Shown here: piece after piece, positions 25,543 through 33,948 of the stretch | How positions within the stretch are numbered: position 1 is the stretch's first letter | Layout: each line of letters begins with the position of its first letter | Assembly (NCBI GenBank): GCA_034434095.1 | Contig: DAOTZN010000111.1 | Location: 1-42,749, forward strand | DNA: 42,749 nt | Direction of reading: 5' to 3' | From: Anaerolineales bacterium | Lineage (GTDB): Bacteria > Chloroflexota > Anaerolineae > Anaerolineales > DRKV01 | Position numbers and translations under genes: made by a program | Notes under the pieces: model-generated | The model's database searches: none | What the model was told of the DNA's origin: nothing | Seen by the model: only the letters and a program-made list of their open reading frames with translations

Positions 25543-25570
25543 CCAGGTGCCACACCACCTGGTTTTTTTT
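25543..25570 (+). terminator. Orphan intrinsic terminator with no plus-strand gene upstream
   Basis: CCAGGTG-ccacac-CACCTGG followed by eight T residues (25563-25570). It lies 113 nt upstream of the MFS start codon. Confidence 0.6.
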
Positions 25571-25682
25571 GTTGCTTTTGCACACCATTTCGGCTCTTTG
25601 ATCCGTAGCGTGGAGAATGGTGTAAACCCACCCATGAACAAGTTTCTGAGCCATCCTTACTTCATCACATAAAGTTTTACTC

Positions 25683-26930
25683 ATGAATCGTATCCGCACA
25701 CTTTACACAGAATACCCGCGCCAATTCTGGCTGGTCGTCGGCACAGCCTTTATCGACCACTTTGGTGGCGCTTTATTGTTTCCCTTTTTTGCCCTCTACA
25801 TCACCCGCCACTTTGGCGTCGGAATGACCGAAGTCGGCATTCTGTTTGCACTCAATGGCGGCGCTACTTTCATCGGTAGCATGCTGGGGGGTGCGCTGGC
25901 CGACCACCTGGGGCGTAAGAGCGTCATTCTTGTCGGCTTAGTAGTCAGCGCACTAGCCAGTTTGGGCATGGGCTTCGCCAATCGCCTGGAAGTATTCTAC
26001 TTGTTGAGCATCCTGGCTGGGCTATTTGCCGAGGCGGCCGGCCCAGCACACCAAGCCATGATAACCGACCTTCTGCCAGAAGAAAAACGCGCCGATGGTT
26101 TTGGTATCATGCGCATTGCTACGAACGTGACCATGGCTATTGGCCCCGCACTCGGCGGGTTGTTAGCCGCTTATTCTTACCTCAGTTTATTCCTGGCAGA
26201 TACCATCACCAGCCTGATTACCGCTTTCATCTTCTACCATCTGGTGGAGGAAACCCATCACCAGCACCAAGAAACCGGCACAGAGCAGCCTCAGAATTTC
26301 CGCCAGAGTTTAAAAGGCTACGTTAACGTGCTGCGCGACGGTGCATTTATGGCTTTTGTATTCATCTCCATCATAAGCGTAACAGTGTACATTCAAATGT
26401 ACAGCACACTCTCTGTCTACTTGCGTGATGTGCACGGCGTCCCTGAACAGGGATTTGGTATCATCATGAGTATGAACGCGGCCATGGTAGTTTTCCTGCA
26501 ATTTGTCATCACACGCAAGGTCAGCAAATGGCCTGCCATGCTGGTCATGGCGCTTGGCTCATTGCTATACGCAATCGGTTTTGGGATGTATGGGCTGGTC
26601 AATGCCTTCTGGCTCTTCATGCTGGCAATGGCGATCATCACACTTGGAGAGATGGTCACCATCCCCGTCGCCCAAGCCGTTGTATCAAAATTTGCGCCAG
26701 AAGACAAACGCGGCCGATACATGGCAATTTTTGGGATTTCATGGATGCTACCAAGTAGCGCCGGCCCATTGCTGGCCGGTATGATTATGGATAACGCTGA
26801 CCCCCGTTGGGTATGGTACGCAGCCGGAATTTTAGGTATTCTTGCTGCCTTGGGATATATCGCGTTACATACAACCCTAACTGCAAGTCGTTATCAAGAG
26901 CAAATGCTACCGACCAAAGCAGGCAATTGA
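25683..26930 (+). CDS. MFS transporter
   Basis: About 12 TM segments. The MFS loop motif is GALADHLGRKSV. No obvious Shine-Dalgarno. Confidence 0.85.
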   Translation: MNRIRTLYTEYPRQFWLVVGTAFIDHFGGALLFPFFALYITRHFGVGMTEVGILFALNGGATFIGSMLGGALADHLGRKSVILVGLVVSALASLGMGFANRLEVFYLLSILAGLFAEAAGPAHQAMITDLLPEEKRADGFGIMRIATNVTMAIGPALGGLLAAYSYLSLFLADTITSLITAFIFYHLVEETHHQHQETGTEQPQNFRQSLKGYVNVLRDGAFMAFVFISIISVTVYIQMYSTLSVYLRDVHGVPEQGFGIIMSMNAAMVVFLQFVITRKVSKWPAMLVMALGSLLYAIGFGMYGLVNAFWLFMLAMAIITLGEMVTIPVAQAVVSKFAPEDKRGRYMAIFGISWMLPSSAGPLLAGMIMDNADPRWVWYAAGILGILAALGYIALHTTLTASRYQEQMLPTKAGN

Positions 26931-26966
26931 TCACCCTGTTTTCTCAACAGAAAGGATAATCAGTCT

Positions 26967-27596
26967 ATGAACGCTACACCACTTACCATTATCTTTGATT
27001 TTGGCGGAGTGCTGCTGCGCACCGAAGATCGCGCGCCGCGCACCCAATTAGCCGAATTTTTGGGCTTAACCTACGAAGCACTTGATGAAATCGTCTTCGG
27101 CAGCCAAAGCGCCCGTCTGGCAAGTGTGGGAAAACTTTCGGCTGAACAACACTGGCTGGCAGTAGCCAGCCAGTTAAATTGGCCACCCGAAGAAATTCCA
27201 GCATTGCAACGCGCCTTTTGGGGTGGTGACCAATTGGATGAAGACCTGATCACCTTACTACGCTCTCTGCGCACCTCCAATGGGCGTTACCGCACGGCAC
27301 TGCTGAGCAATGCCTGGGACGACCTGCGCGCTGGCCTGGAACGGTATTGGCACATCGCCGATGCCTTCGACCACATCTTCATCTCTGCCGAACTGGGGCT
27401 GGCCAAGCCCGATCCAGAGATCTACACTCGGGTACAGACACACCTGGAAGCCCCTCCTGAGAGCATCATTTTCGTGGACGATTTTCAACAAAACATAGAA
27501 GCCGCCCGCGCGGCCGGTTGGCATGGCATCCACTTTCAGAACAGCGGGCAGGCACAAGCCGAACTCAGACTGTTATTGAAAAAAATGGAAAGTTGA
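26967..27596 (+). CDS. HAD family hydrolase (subfamily IA, variant 3)
   Basis: Motif I IFDFGGVL, LLSN, and motif IV FVDDFQQNIEAARAAGWHG. Confidence 0.85.
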   Translation: MNATPLTIIFDFGGVLLRTEDRAPRTQLAEFLGLTYEALDEIVFGSQSARLASVGKLSAEQHWLAVASQLNWPPEEIPALQRAFWGGDQLDEDLITLLRSLRTSNGRYRTALLSNAWDDLRAGLERYWHIADAFDHIFISAELGLAKPDPEIYTRVQTHLEAPPESIIFVDDFQQNIEAARAAGWHGIHFQNSGQAQAELRLLLKKMES

Positions 27597-27739
27597 AAAT
27601 TGGACTCTAGCGTTTTTTACTTGACCGCAGATTGACATAGGCTTTTGTCGAAGAATGATTTAAAAATCTGCGTCCATCTGTGGATTGTGGACTGTTATTT
27701 CGGCTCCCCTTTGGTTTTGCCAGACCGCGGTTCTTGAGA

Positions 27740-28279
27740 TCAATGGCCCCCTGCAGACAGAATCTGCTGCGTCCACAATAACCCCAAAATGGTTTTGGCA
27801 TCCCGAAAAGCGCCTTCCGAAATAAGTGCCAGGGCTTTTTCAAAAGGTATACGCACCACTTCGATGAATTCATCATCATCGGCTGGCAACCGTGCCGGGA
27901 AGAGGTCACGCGCCAAAAACAGGTGCATATACTCCGTAGAATAACCCGGCGCCAAAAAACACGATCCAATAGGCGTGATCCGGCGGGCATTCATGCCAAT
28001 CTCCTCTTGCAACTCACGGTGTGCGTTTTCTTCCGGGCTTTCGCCTTTTTCCAATGTACCCGCCGGAATCTCTAACAACAATTGACCAGCCGCCTGTCGA
28101 TACTGACGCACAAACCAGACATTACCCTCTGCATCCAAGGGCACAATCGCTACGCCGCCATTATGCTGCAAGATATCGAGTTGGGTGCTGCCTCCATCGG
28201 GCAGTTGGACAGTGTCCTGCCGCAAGGTAAAAACTCGGCCACGGTAGAGAATTTCACTTTGTAGGGGAATAAACTTCAT
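27740..28279 (-). CDS. NUDIX hydrolase (ADP-ribose pyrophosphatase-like)
   Basis: The Nudix box GTLEKGESPEENAHRELQEEIG is present. Confidence 0.85.
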   Translation of the reverse strand: MKFIPLQSEILYRGRVFTLRQDTVQLPDGGSTQLDILQHNGGVAIVPLDAEGNVWFVRQYRQAAGQLLLEIPAGTLEKGESPEENAHRELQEEIGMNARRITPIGSCFLAPGYSTEYMHLFLARDLFPARLPADDDEFIEVVRIPFEKALALISEGAFRDAKTILGLLWTQQILSAGGH

Positions 28280-28294
28280 GCCATCTTCCTTTCG

Positions 28295-28335
28295 GGAAAC
28301 AACGCAACCCTCTGGCTGCTTCTCCAGAGGGTTGC
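28295..28335 (-). terminator. Terminator or attenuator hairpin between the LysM and NUDIX genes
   Basis: Perfect 12-bp stem GCAACCCTCTGG / CCAGAGGGTTGC with an 8-nt loop. It is followed on the minus strand by GUUGUUUCC, a weak U tract. Confidence 0.5.
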
Positions 28336-28358
28336 CAATTGGTCAAAGAAAAAGTAGA

Positions 28359-29000
28359 TTAGGGGACATTGAGTTGTTGTCCAACGGTCAGAGAGTATGG
28401 TGCCTCGAGGTTATTTGCGGCCACAATGGCGGCCGGGTCTACATCCCCAAAAGCGCAGGCAATGGTGTAAATTGTATCGCCGCTTTTCACCGTATAACTG
28501 GCCGGGTGCGGTAATAAAGCACGCTTTCCGGGGAAAGGTTTGGCCCCCTTAGGAATGGCCAACGTCTGTCCGGGGAAAGATTGTGCACTTTTTGAAAGGT
28601 TATTGGCAGCCAATAACTCATCCGGATTAATATTAAAACGACGAGCGATGCAATAAGGGAATTCGCCCTTTTGCAATACATATTGACCGGGTATACCAGG
28701 TGTAGGCGAAGGCTGCGGCAGAGGAGTTGGCTCTTGCGTAGGGATCGCTGTCGGTACCACCTGTGGCATGGGTGTATTGGTGGGGGCAACAGGCTGAACG
28801 TTCCCTTGTTCACCACTTTGCTGTGCCACTGCCGTCTGGGTCATAAATTCGTTGCTCAAAGCGTTGGGGTTGGGCATAGCCGATGTACCCTGAGGGGATG
28901 TTGAGCCACCAGGGCCTTGAGATGCCGAACGATTACAGGCGGCTAATCCAAGAGCCAAGAGCACAACCATGGCAAAAACAAAAAAGCGCTTGAGTTTCAT
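28359..29000 (-). CDS. LysM domain lipoprotein (two LysM repeats)
   Basis: Lipobox LGLAAC and a P/T-rich linker. The LysM repeats are YVLQKGEFPYCIARRFNINPDELLAANNL and YTVKSGDTIYTIACAFGVDPAAIVAANNL-type. AAGGAG Shine-Dalgarno. Confidence 0.85.
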   Translation of the reverse strand: MKLKRFFVFAMVVLLALGLAACNRSASQGPGGSTSPQGTSAMPNPNALSNEFMTQTAVAQQSGEQGNVQPVAPTNTPMPQVVPTAIPTQEPTPLPQPSPTPGIPGQYVLQKGEFPYCIARRFNINPDELLAANNLSKSAQSFPGQTLAIPKGAKPFPGKRALLPHPASYTVKSGDTIYTIACAFGDVDPAAIVAANNLEAPYSLTVGQQLNVP

Positions 29001-29279
29001 ATTTTCTCACTCCTTCTATATCGGGATGAAACTACCCGCCACCTACCCAAAGAACTTAGTGATGGCATCTTATTTATCAAACATACTAGCATAAGGGCAA
29101 GCCAACGTCAAGCAACTTGGCAAAATCTTCCATAACAAACTCATGGCAACTGGTAAGGAGACCTTATCTGTGGTAAAACTGATATATAACACTGTCGCTT
29201 CGCAGCCAAAACAAAATCTTGTACCGTAATTCTACAGTAAGTTTCATTGGAGATAAACCATCTCTAGAAAGGAAGCCCT

Positions 29280-29795
29280 ATGTTAATCAGCAAAACTTTG
29301 GAACAAGCCATCAACGATCAAATAGGCCGTGAATTTGGCGCCAGTTTGCAATATGTTAGCATTGCCTCATATTTCGATCGAGAAGACTTGCCACAACTCG
29401 CTGCTTTTTTCTATCGACAAGCAGAAGAAGAACACATGCACGCGATGAAATTCGTGCATTACGTCACCGAAACAGGCGGGCAGGTACGCATTCCGAACAT
29501 CGAAGCGCCTAAAGACAACTTTGAAAACGCTGAAGAGGCGGTGCAACTTTCTCTAACCTGGGAAGAAGAAGTCACCCGTCAGATTAATAACCTGATGGGA
29601 ATTGCAGTACAGGAAGGCGATTTCATTTCTCAGGATTTCCTGCGCTGGTTTGTAACCGAGCAATTAGAAGAAATCTCCACCATGAACACACTATTGCGTA
29701 CCGTGCAGCGAGCCGCAAATAATTTACTCCTGGTAGAAGATTTTCTTGCCCGTAACCCCTTACCGGCTAATGAACCCACGGCAGGAACAGCCTAA
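29280..29795 (+). CDS. Ferritin (non-haem, Ftn type)
   Basis: REFGASLQYVSIASYF...EEEHMHAMKFVHYV are ferroxidase-centre residues. Confidence 0.9.
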   Translation: MLISKTLEQAINDQIGREFGASLQYVSIASYFDREDLPQLAAFFYRQAEEEHMHAMKFVHYVTETGGQVRIPNIEAPKDNFENAEEAVQLSLTWEEEVTRQINNLMGIAVQEGDFISQDFLRWFVTEQLEEISTMNTLLRTVQRAANNLLLVEDFLARNPLPANEPTAGTA

Positions 29796-29954
29796 AAGCA
29801 CAATTTCACAAGCGCTGTGCGGGGCAGATTTTCCAATCTATCCTACACAACCTGTTGTGTTCCTGCGCCCCGAGCGCGGCGTGGAGAAAGCAATCCCCCC
29901 GCGAAAACTCATGTAAATTTGCAGGCAAATAAAAAAGCGCCAGGGTGCAACCCT

Positions 29955-29995
29955 AACTAAAAATAACCCCTTGTGATGAGGGGTTATTTTTAGTT
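29955..29995. terminator. Bidirectional intrinsic terminator between the ferritin (+) and NifU-like (-) genes
   Basis: Perfect 17-nt arms AACTAAAAATAACCCCT / AGGGGTTATTTTTAGTT with a 7-nt loop. A U tract follows on both strands. Confidence 0.75.
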
Positions 29996-30005
29996 CGTAC
30001 AAAAG

Positions 30006-30257
30006 TTAATCTGTCTCTTGAACCGCTTCAACAGATTCAATATCTGGGAAAAATTGGCGAATGGTACCTTCTACCCAACCATGCAAGGTGGTAGGTAGTA
30101 GGTCACAGGTCGCGCATGCACCACCTAAGTGCACTTTCACCGTTTTACCATCATAATCCACCAGTTCTACTGAGCCCCCATGAAATTGCTCGATATATGC
30201 GCTCAAGTTGCTAATTAATACTTGCAAACGCAATTTGTCTTCTACTACCGTGCCCAT
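30006..30257 (-). CDS. NifU-like (Nfu C-terminal domain) Fe-S cluster protein
   Basis: VELVDYDGKTVKVHLGGACATCDLL is the CxxC motif of the NifU C-terminal domain. GGAGG Shine-Dalgarno 6 nt upstream. Confidence 0.85.
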   Translation of the reverse strand: MGTVVEDKLRLQVLISNLSAYIEQFHGGSVELVDYDGKTVKVHLGGACATCDLLPTTLHGWVEGTIRQFFPDIESVEAVQETD

Positions 30258-30277
30258 CTGAACCTCCTACATACTCA

Positions 30278-30799
30278 CTACTCTGCCGTAATGGGGTGCT
30301 GTAGATGCTCTTGCAGTAAAGAAAGCACCTGCTCTCTCGGACTATGCAAGCGTGCAGCAATAGATACCGAGAGTAATTCTACCAAACGTTCGCCACAACG
30401 CGGGTTCTTTTGATAGAAATGACGTAATTCTTGGTTATGCAAGCGCAAAACTTCCGTTTTGCCAACCGTGATCGCACTTGAAGAATAGTACGGACGCATC
30501 AATGCCGCCGACCAACCAAAAACGCCGCCTGGCTGAATACGTGCCACAATCAAAGGATCACCGTCATCCGGCTTATGGCGAATGATGACTTCTCCCTGCG
30601 AAAGAAAATACAAATAACGCGCCGGAAAACCTTGGGTAAAAATGATTGTCTGATCGGGGTAAACCATTACCTTAAACAGGGGGGCGATCACCACACGCTC
30701 ATCCGGGGTTAGTTTGTCAAATAACCAGTGACTGTTTAAATCATCCGTCCGAAAAAGTTTTTTATCCATAATTCGATAAGTCTGCACAACACCTGGCAT
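30278..30799 (-). CDS. Cyclic nucleotide-binding domain protein without a recognisable HTH
   Basis: cNMP-binding beta-roll: IIFTQGFPARYLYFLSQGEVII...ARIQPGGVFGWSAL. The ATG at 30799 follows GGAGGAGCAC and is preferred to the GTG at 30913. The gene ends 20 nt before the NifU-like gene. Confidence 0.75.
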   Translation of the reverse strand: MPGVVQTYRIMDKKLFRTDDLNSHWLFDKLTPDERVVIAPLFKVMVYPDQTIIFTQGFPARYLYFLSQGEVIIRHKPDDGDPLIVARIQPGGVFGWSAALMRPYYSSSAITVGKTEVLRLHNQELRHFYQKNPRCGERLVELLSVSIAARLHSPREQVLSLLQEHLQHPITAE

Positions 30800-31067
30800 G
30801 TGCTCCTCCACTATTCGCATACCGCACAATAAGTAATAGTTTAGGAAAGACATTTCAAATTTTCTAGTGGCAAATATCCCCAACTCGATGACGTTTATCA
30901 TTTTTACAATCACCCCCTACTTGTAATAGCGTAAATCTCTTACGGCATGGCCCATTTGGTGCCCCAAATATATGGACACCTTGCGTGTGGGACTGGCTTT
31001 CCAGCCTGTCACCTTTGGATGCGGAACACCTGCAACATACCAAATCCCCCATCTATGGAGCGGGGAG

Positions 31068-31177
31068 TCGGACCGAAGTCCTGCCTCACATGTACCTGAC
31101 TGTCATGGACAGACAGTCCAGGGCGGCACTGGCGCAGGCAGTTCCTGAAAGGGGTAGCGGAGGGCAATGCCCCCCGC
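31068..31177 (-). repeat. M1 element copy 4 (inverted orientation, split by a ~50-nt insert)
   Basis: TCGGACCGAAGTCCTGCCTCA (31068-31088) and CAGTTCCTGAAAGGGGTAGCGGAGGGCAATGCC (31139 onward) are separated by 31089-31138. Confidence 0.7.
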
Positions 31178-31245
31178 TTCTCAGAAAAAAGAAAGTAAAT
31201 TTTAGACAGACCCTTTGCTCGGGTCAGGTACTTCGCTTGTCACAA

Positions 31246-31287
31246 ACCTTGATTTCTTTGCGTCCTGCCGACTTCGCGTTCAGATTT
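31246..31287 (-). repeat. R1 element, partial inverted copy
   Basis: CTTGATTTCTTTGCGTCCTGCCGACTTCGCGTT aligns at roughly 85 percent with the reverse complement of 11119-11158. Confidence 0.6.
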
Positions 31288-31311
31288 TGCGTTTTTACAA
31301 TAGACTCACAC

Positions 31312-31358
31312 ACAAAAAAGCGAGGGCGTTTCACAAATTGCATTGTGAAACACCCTCG
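31312..31358 (-). terminator. Intrinsic terminator after clpC
   Basis: 15-bp stem (one G-U pair) at 31321-31335 / 31344-31358. It is followed on the minus strand by CUUUUUUGUGUG and lies 16 nt after the stop codon. Confidence 0.65.
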
Positions 31359-31373
31359 TCGCATTCAATGTGT

Positions 31374-33854
31374 TCACACTTGCGCATCAGCAGACGCAAT
31401 TTCGTCTACCTGCATTTGCTTTTCTTTCTGATGACGAAAGACCAATTGGTCATTTTCCTCATCCACAAGGATAAGATCCCCTTCCTTAAATTCACCGGCC
31501 AATAACTTGATAGAGAGTGGGCTTTCCACATATTTTTGCAGGGCCCGACGCAATGGACGGGCGCCAAAGGCCGGTTCGTAACCAATATCGGCCAACCAAT
31601 TGGCAGCCGCATCACTAAGTGTTACCTGCAAACCGCGTTCCTCTAGTCGTTGACTGACCTCCTTCATCTGCAACGACACAATAGCACGCATATCTTCTCG
31701 CGATAGCGGGGAAAAGGTAATGATCTCGTCCACGCGATTGAGAAATTCGGGGCGGAAAGTGCTCTTGAGCGCCTTCTCAATTTTGGCATGTGCTTGCTTA
31801 ACTTCATCGCTATCATCTGGGCGCAAGAAGCCCAAACTGCCGGCGTTACGCACATACTCGGTACCCAAGTTGCTGGTCATAATCAACACGGTATTTCGGA
31901 AGTCAACCGTGCGCCCCTGACCATCGGTCAGACGGCCATCATCTAGAATCTGCAATAAAGCGTTCCAGACTTCAGGGTGTGCTTTTTCAATTTCGTCGAA
32001 CAACACTACGCGATAGGGACGCCGACGTACCGCCTCCGTCAGTTGACCACCTTCTTCATAGCCGACATAACCTGGAGGCGCCCCAAACAGACGCGAGACG
32101 GTATGCTGTTCACGGTATTCGCTCATGTCTATGCGCACCAACGCGTCTTCATCGTCGAAGAGGAAATCAGCCAGCACTTTGGCAAGTTCGGTCTTGCCAA
32201 CCCCAGAAGGCCCAATAAAAATAAAAGAACCAATTGGCCGGCGAGGATCTTTGAGGCCAGAGCGTGCTCGACGGATGGCATCAGAGATAGCCTGAATAGC
32301 CGCATCTTGCCCGATTACGCGTTCTTTCAAACGCTCCTCCATGTGCAACAACTTTTCGGCTTCCGTTTCGAGCATTTGGTGTAAGGGGATCCCCGTCCAT
32401 TGCGACACTACTTCAGCAATGTCATTAGCATCCACCACCTCATCTAACTGATGTTCCGATTCCCATTGGTCACGTTTCAAACGGAAAGATTCTTCCAGGC
32501 GCAAGCGTTCGGCTTTCTTCTGCGCCGCGCGTTCGTAGTCTCGCTCTATGCCGGCCTGTTCCTCCTCCGCCGCCAAGCGGTCAATTTCAGATTTGATGGT
32601 CTTTAACTCCGGTGGCAAAGAGTACAAAGCCACGCGTAGTTTGGATGCGGCTTCGTCGATCAAATCAATGGCTTTATCAGGCAAATGGCGATCGGTAACG
32701 TACCTGTCGGAAAGTCGCGCCGCAGCAACCAAAGCATCGTCTGAGAAGTGCACTTTGTGGTGGGCTTCGTAACGGTCTCGTAGGCCACGCAACATTTCAA
32801 TCGTGTCTTCAACCGAAGGTTCCTCCACGTAGACGGGGGCAAAACGGCGCTCCAAAGCGGCATCTTTTTCGATGTACTTGTGATATTCATCCAACGTGGT
32901 TGCGCCTACACACTGCAATTCACCACGCGCCAGTGCCGGTTTGAGCATATTGGAAGCATCCATCGTGCCCTGAGCAGCGCCTGCACCCACTACGGTATGC
33001 AATTCATCAATGAACAAAATCACGTCGCCTTCGGCACGCTTGACTTCATCCATGGCGGCTTTCAACCGTTCTTCAAACTCACCACGGAAACGGGAACCGG
33101 CAATCATTGCACCCAAGTCAAGCGAGACAATGCGCTTGCCACTCAAAATTTCAGGCACATCGTTGTTGACGATTTTTTGTGCTAAGCCCTCGACGATGGC
33201 TGTCTTGCCTACGCCAGCCTCTCCGATTAGAACCGGGTTATTTTTGGTGCGGCGACACAAAATCTGGATGACGCGCAAAATTTCGGCGTCACGGCCAATC
33301 ACCGGATCCAATTTGCCTTCATGGGCGGCCTTGGTCAAATCAATAGAGTATTTTTCCAACGTACGATAACGCGTCTCCGCCTGTCGATCGGTCACTTTTT
33401 GCCCACCGCGGATGTGTTGAATCGCTTCGTAAACACGCTCACGCGTCACGCCTGCACCTTCCAACAGCCGGGCGGCCGGGGTGCTGCGTTCACTCAGAAT
33501 CGCCAGAAAGATGTGTTCGGTAGAGATGTACTCATCCTTCAAGCGATTGGCTTCTTCATTTGCCAAATCAATGATACGCTTGACGCGTGGTGTGATGAAA
33601 ATCTGTCCGGCGCCTCCACCGAAAATATTGGCCTTCGGACTGGTGCGCAGAATATAATCTAAGCGCTCACTAAGGGCCTGCGCGCTCACATTAAGCATCT
33701 CCAAAATTTGCGGAATAACACCTTCCGGTTGTTCAATGAGCGCCAATAAAATGTGTTCTGTATCTATTTGATTATGTCCATAGCGCTGAATAATCTCAGC
33801 AGCACGTTGGGCTGCCTCTTGCGCTCTTTCTGTAAAACGGTCAAATCGCATCAT
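31374..33854 (-). CDS. clpC: ATP-dependent Clp protease ATP-binding subunit, ClpC type
   Basis: Clp N repeats and two AAA+ modules (GEAGVGKT and GPSGVGKTE). The short UVR-like middle domain argues for ClpC rather than ClpB. Confidence 0.9.
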   Translation of the reverse strand: MMRFDRFTERAQEAAQRAAEIIQRYGHNQIDTEHILLALIEQPEGVIPQILEMLNVSAQALSERLDYILRTSPKANIFGGGAGQIFITPRVKRIIDLANEEANRLKDEYISTEHIFLAILSERSTPAARLLEGAGVTRERVYEAIQHIRGGQKVTDRQAETRYRTLEKYSIDLTKAAHEGKLDPVIGRDAEILRVIQILCRRTKNNPVLIGEAGVGKTAIVEGLAQKIVNNDVPEILSGKRIVSLDLGAMIAGSRFRGEFEERLKAAMDEVKRAEGDVILFIDELHTVVGAGAAQGTMDASNMLKPALARGELQCVGATTLDEYHKYIEKDAALERRFAPVYVEEPSVEDTIEMLRGLRDRYEAHHKVHFSDDALVAAARLSDRYVTDRHLPDKAIDLIDEAASKLRVALYSLPPELKTIKSEIDRLAAEEEQAGIERDYERAAQKKAERLRLEESFRLKRDQWESEHQLDEVVDANDIAEVVSQWTGIPLHQMLETEAEKLLHMEERLKERVIGQDAAIQAISDAIRRARSGLKDPRRPIGSFIFIGPSGVGKTELAKVLADFLFDDEDALVRIDMSEYREQHTVSRLFGAPPGYVGYEEGGQLTEAVRRRPYRVVLFDEIEKAHPEVWNALLQILDDGRLTDGQGRTVDFRNTVLIMTSNLGTEYVRNAGSLGFLRPDDSDEVKQAHAKIEKALKSTFRPEFLNRVDEIITFSPLSREDMRAIVSLQMKEVSQRLEERGLQVTLSDAAANWLADIGYEPAFGARPLRRALQKYVESPLSIKLLAGEFKEGDLILVDEENDQLVFRHQKEKQMQVDEIASADAQV

Positions 33855-33948
33855 GCGCTTATTACCTCACAAGTAGAAAAGGAAAAGGTGCATAAATTAT
33901 ACCCGCCTGTTCGTTGTACTCCTGTTAAACATACATAAGAAGAGAGGA

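Noticed and set aside
27607-27990. 127-aa ORF overlapping the NUDIX gene 3' end and the HAD/NUDIX spacer
   Set aside because: It is out of frame with a gene that has a clear Nudix box. Its composition is Arg/Cys/Trp-rich and there is no Shine-Dalgarno.
33896-33901. TATAAT hexamer upstream of clpC as a promoter, and possible CtsR or CIRCE heat-shock operators
   Set aside because: No acceptable -35 or TG extension accompanies the hexamer. No GGTCAAA direct repeat or TTAGCACTC-N9-GAGTGCTAA inverted repeat is present. The evidence is too weak to report as a feature.
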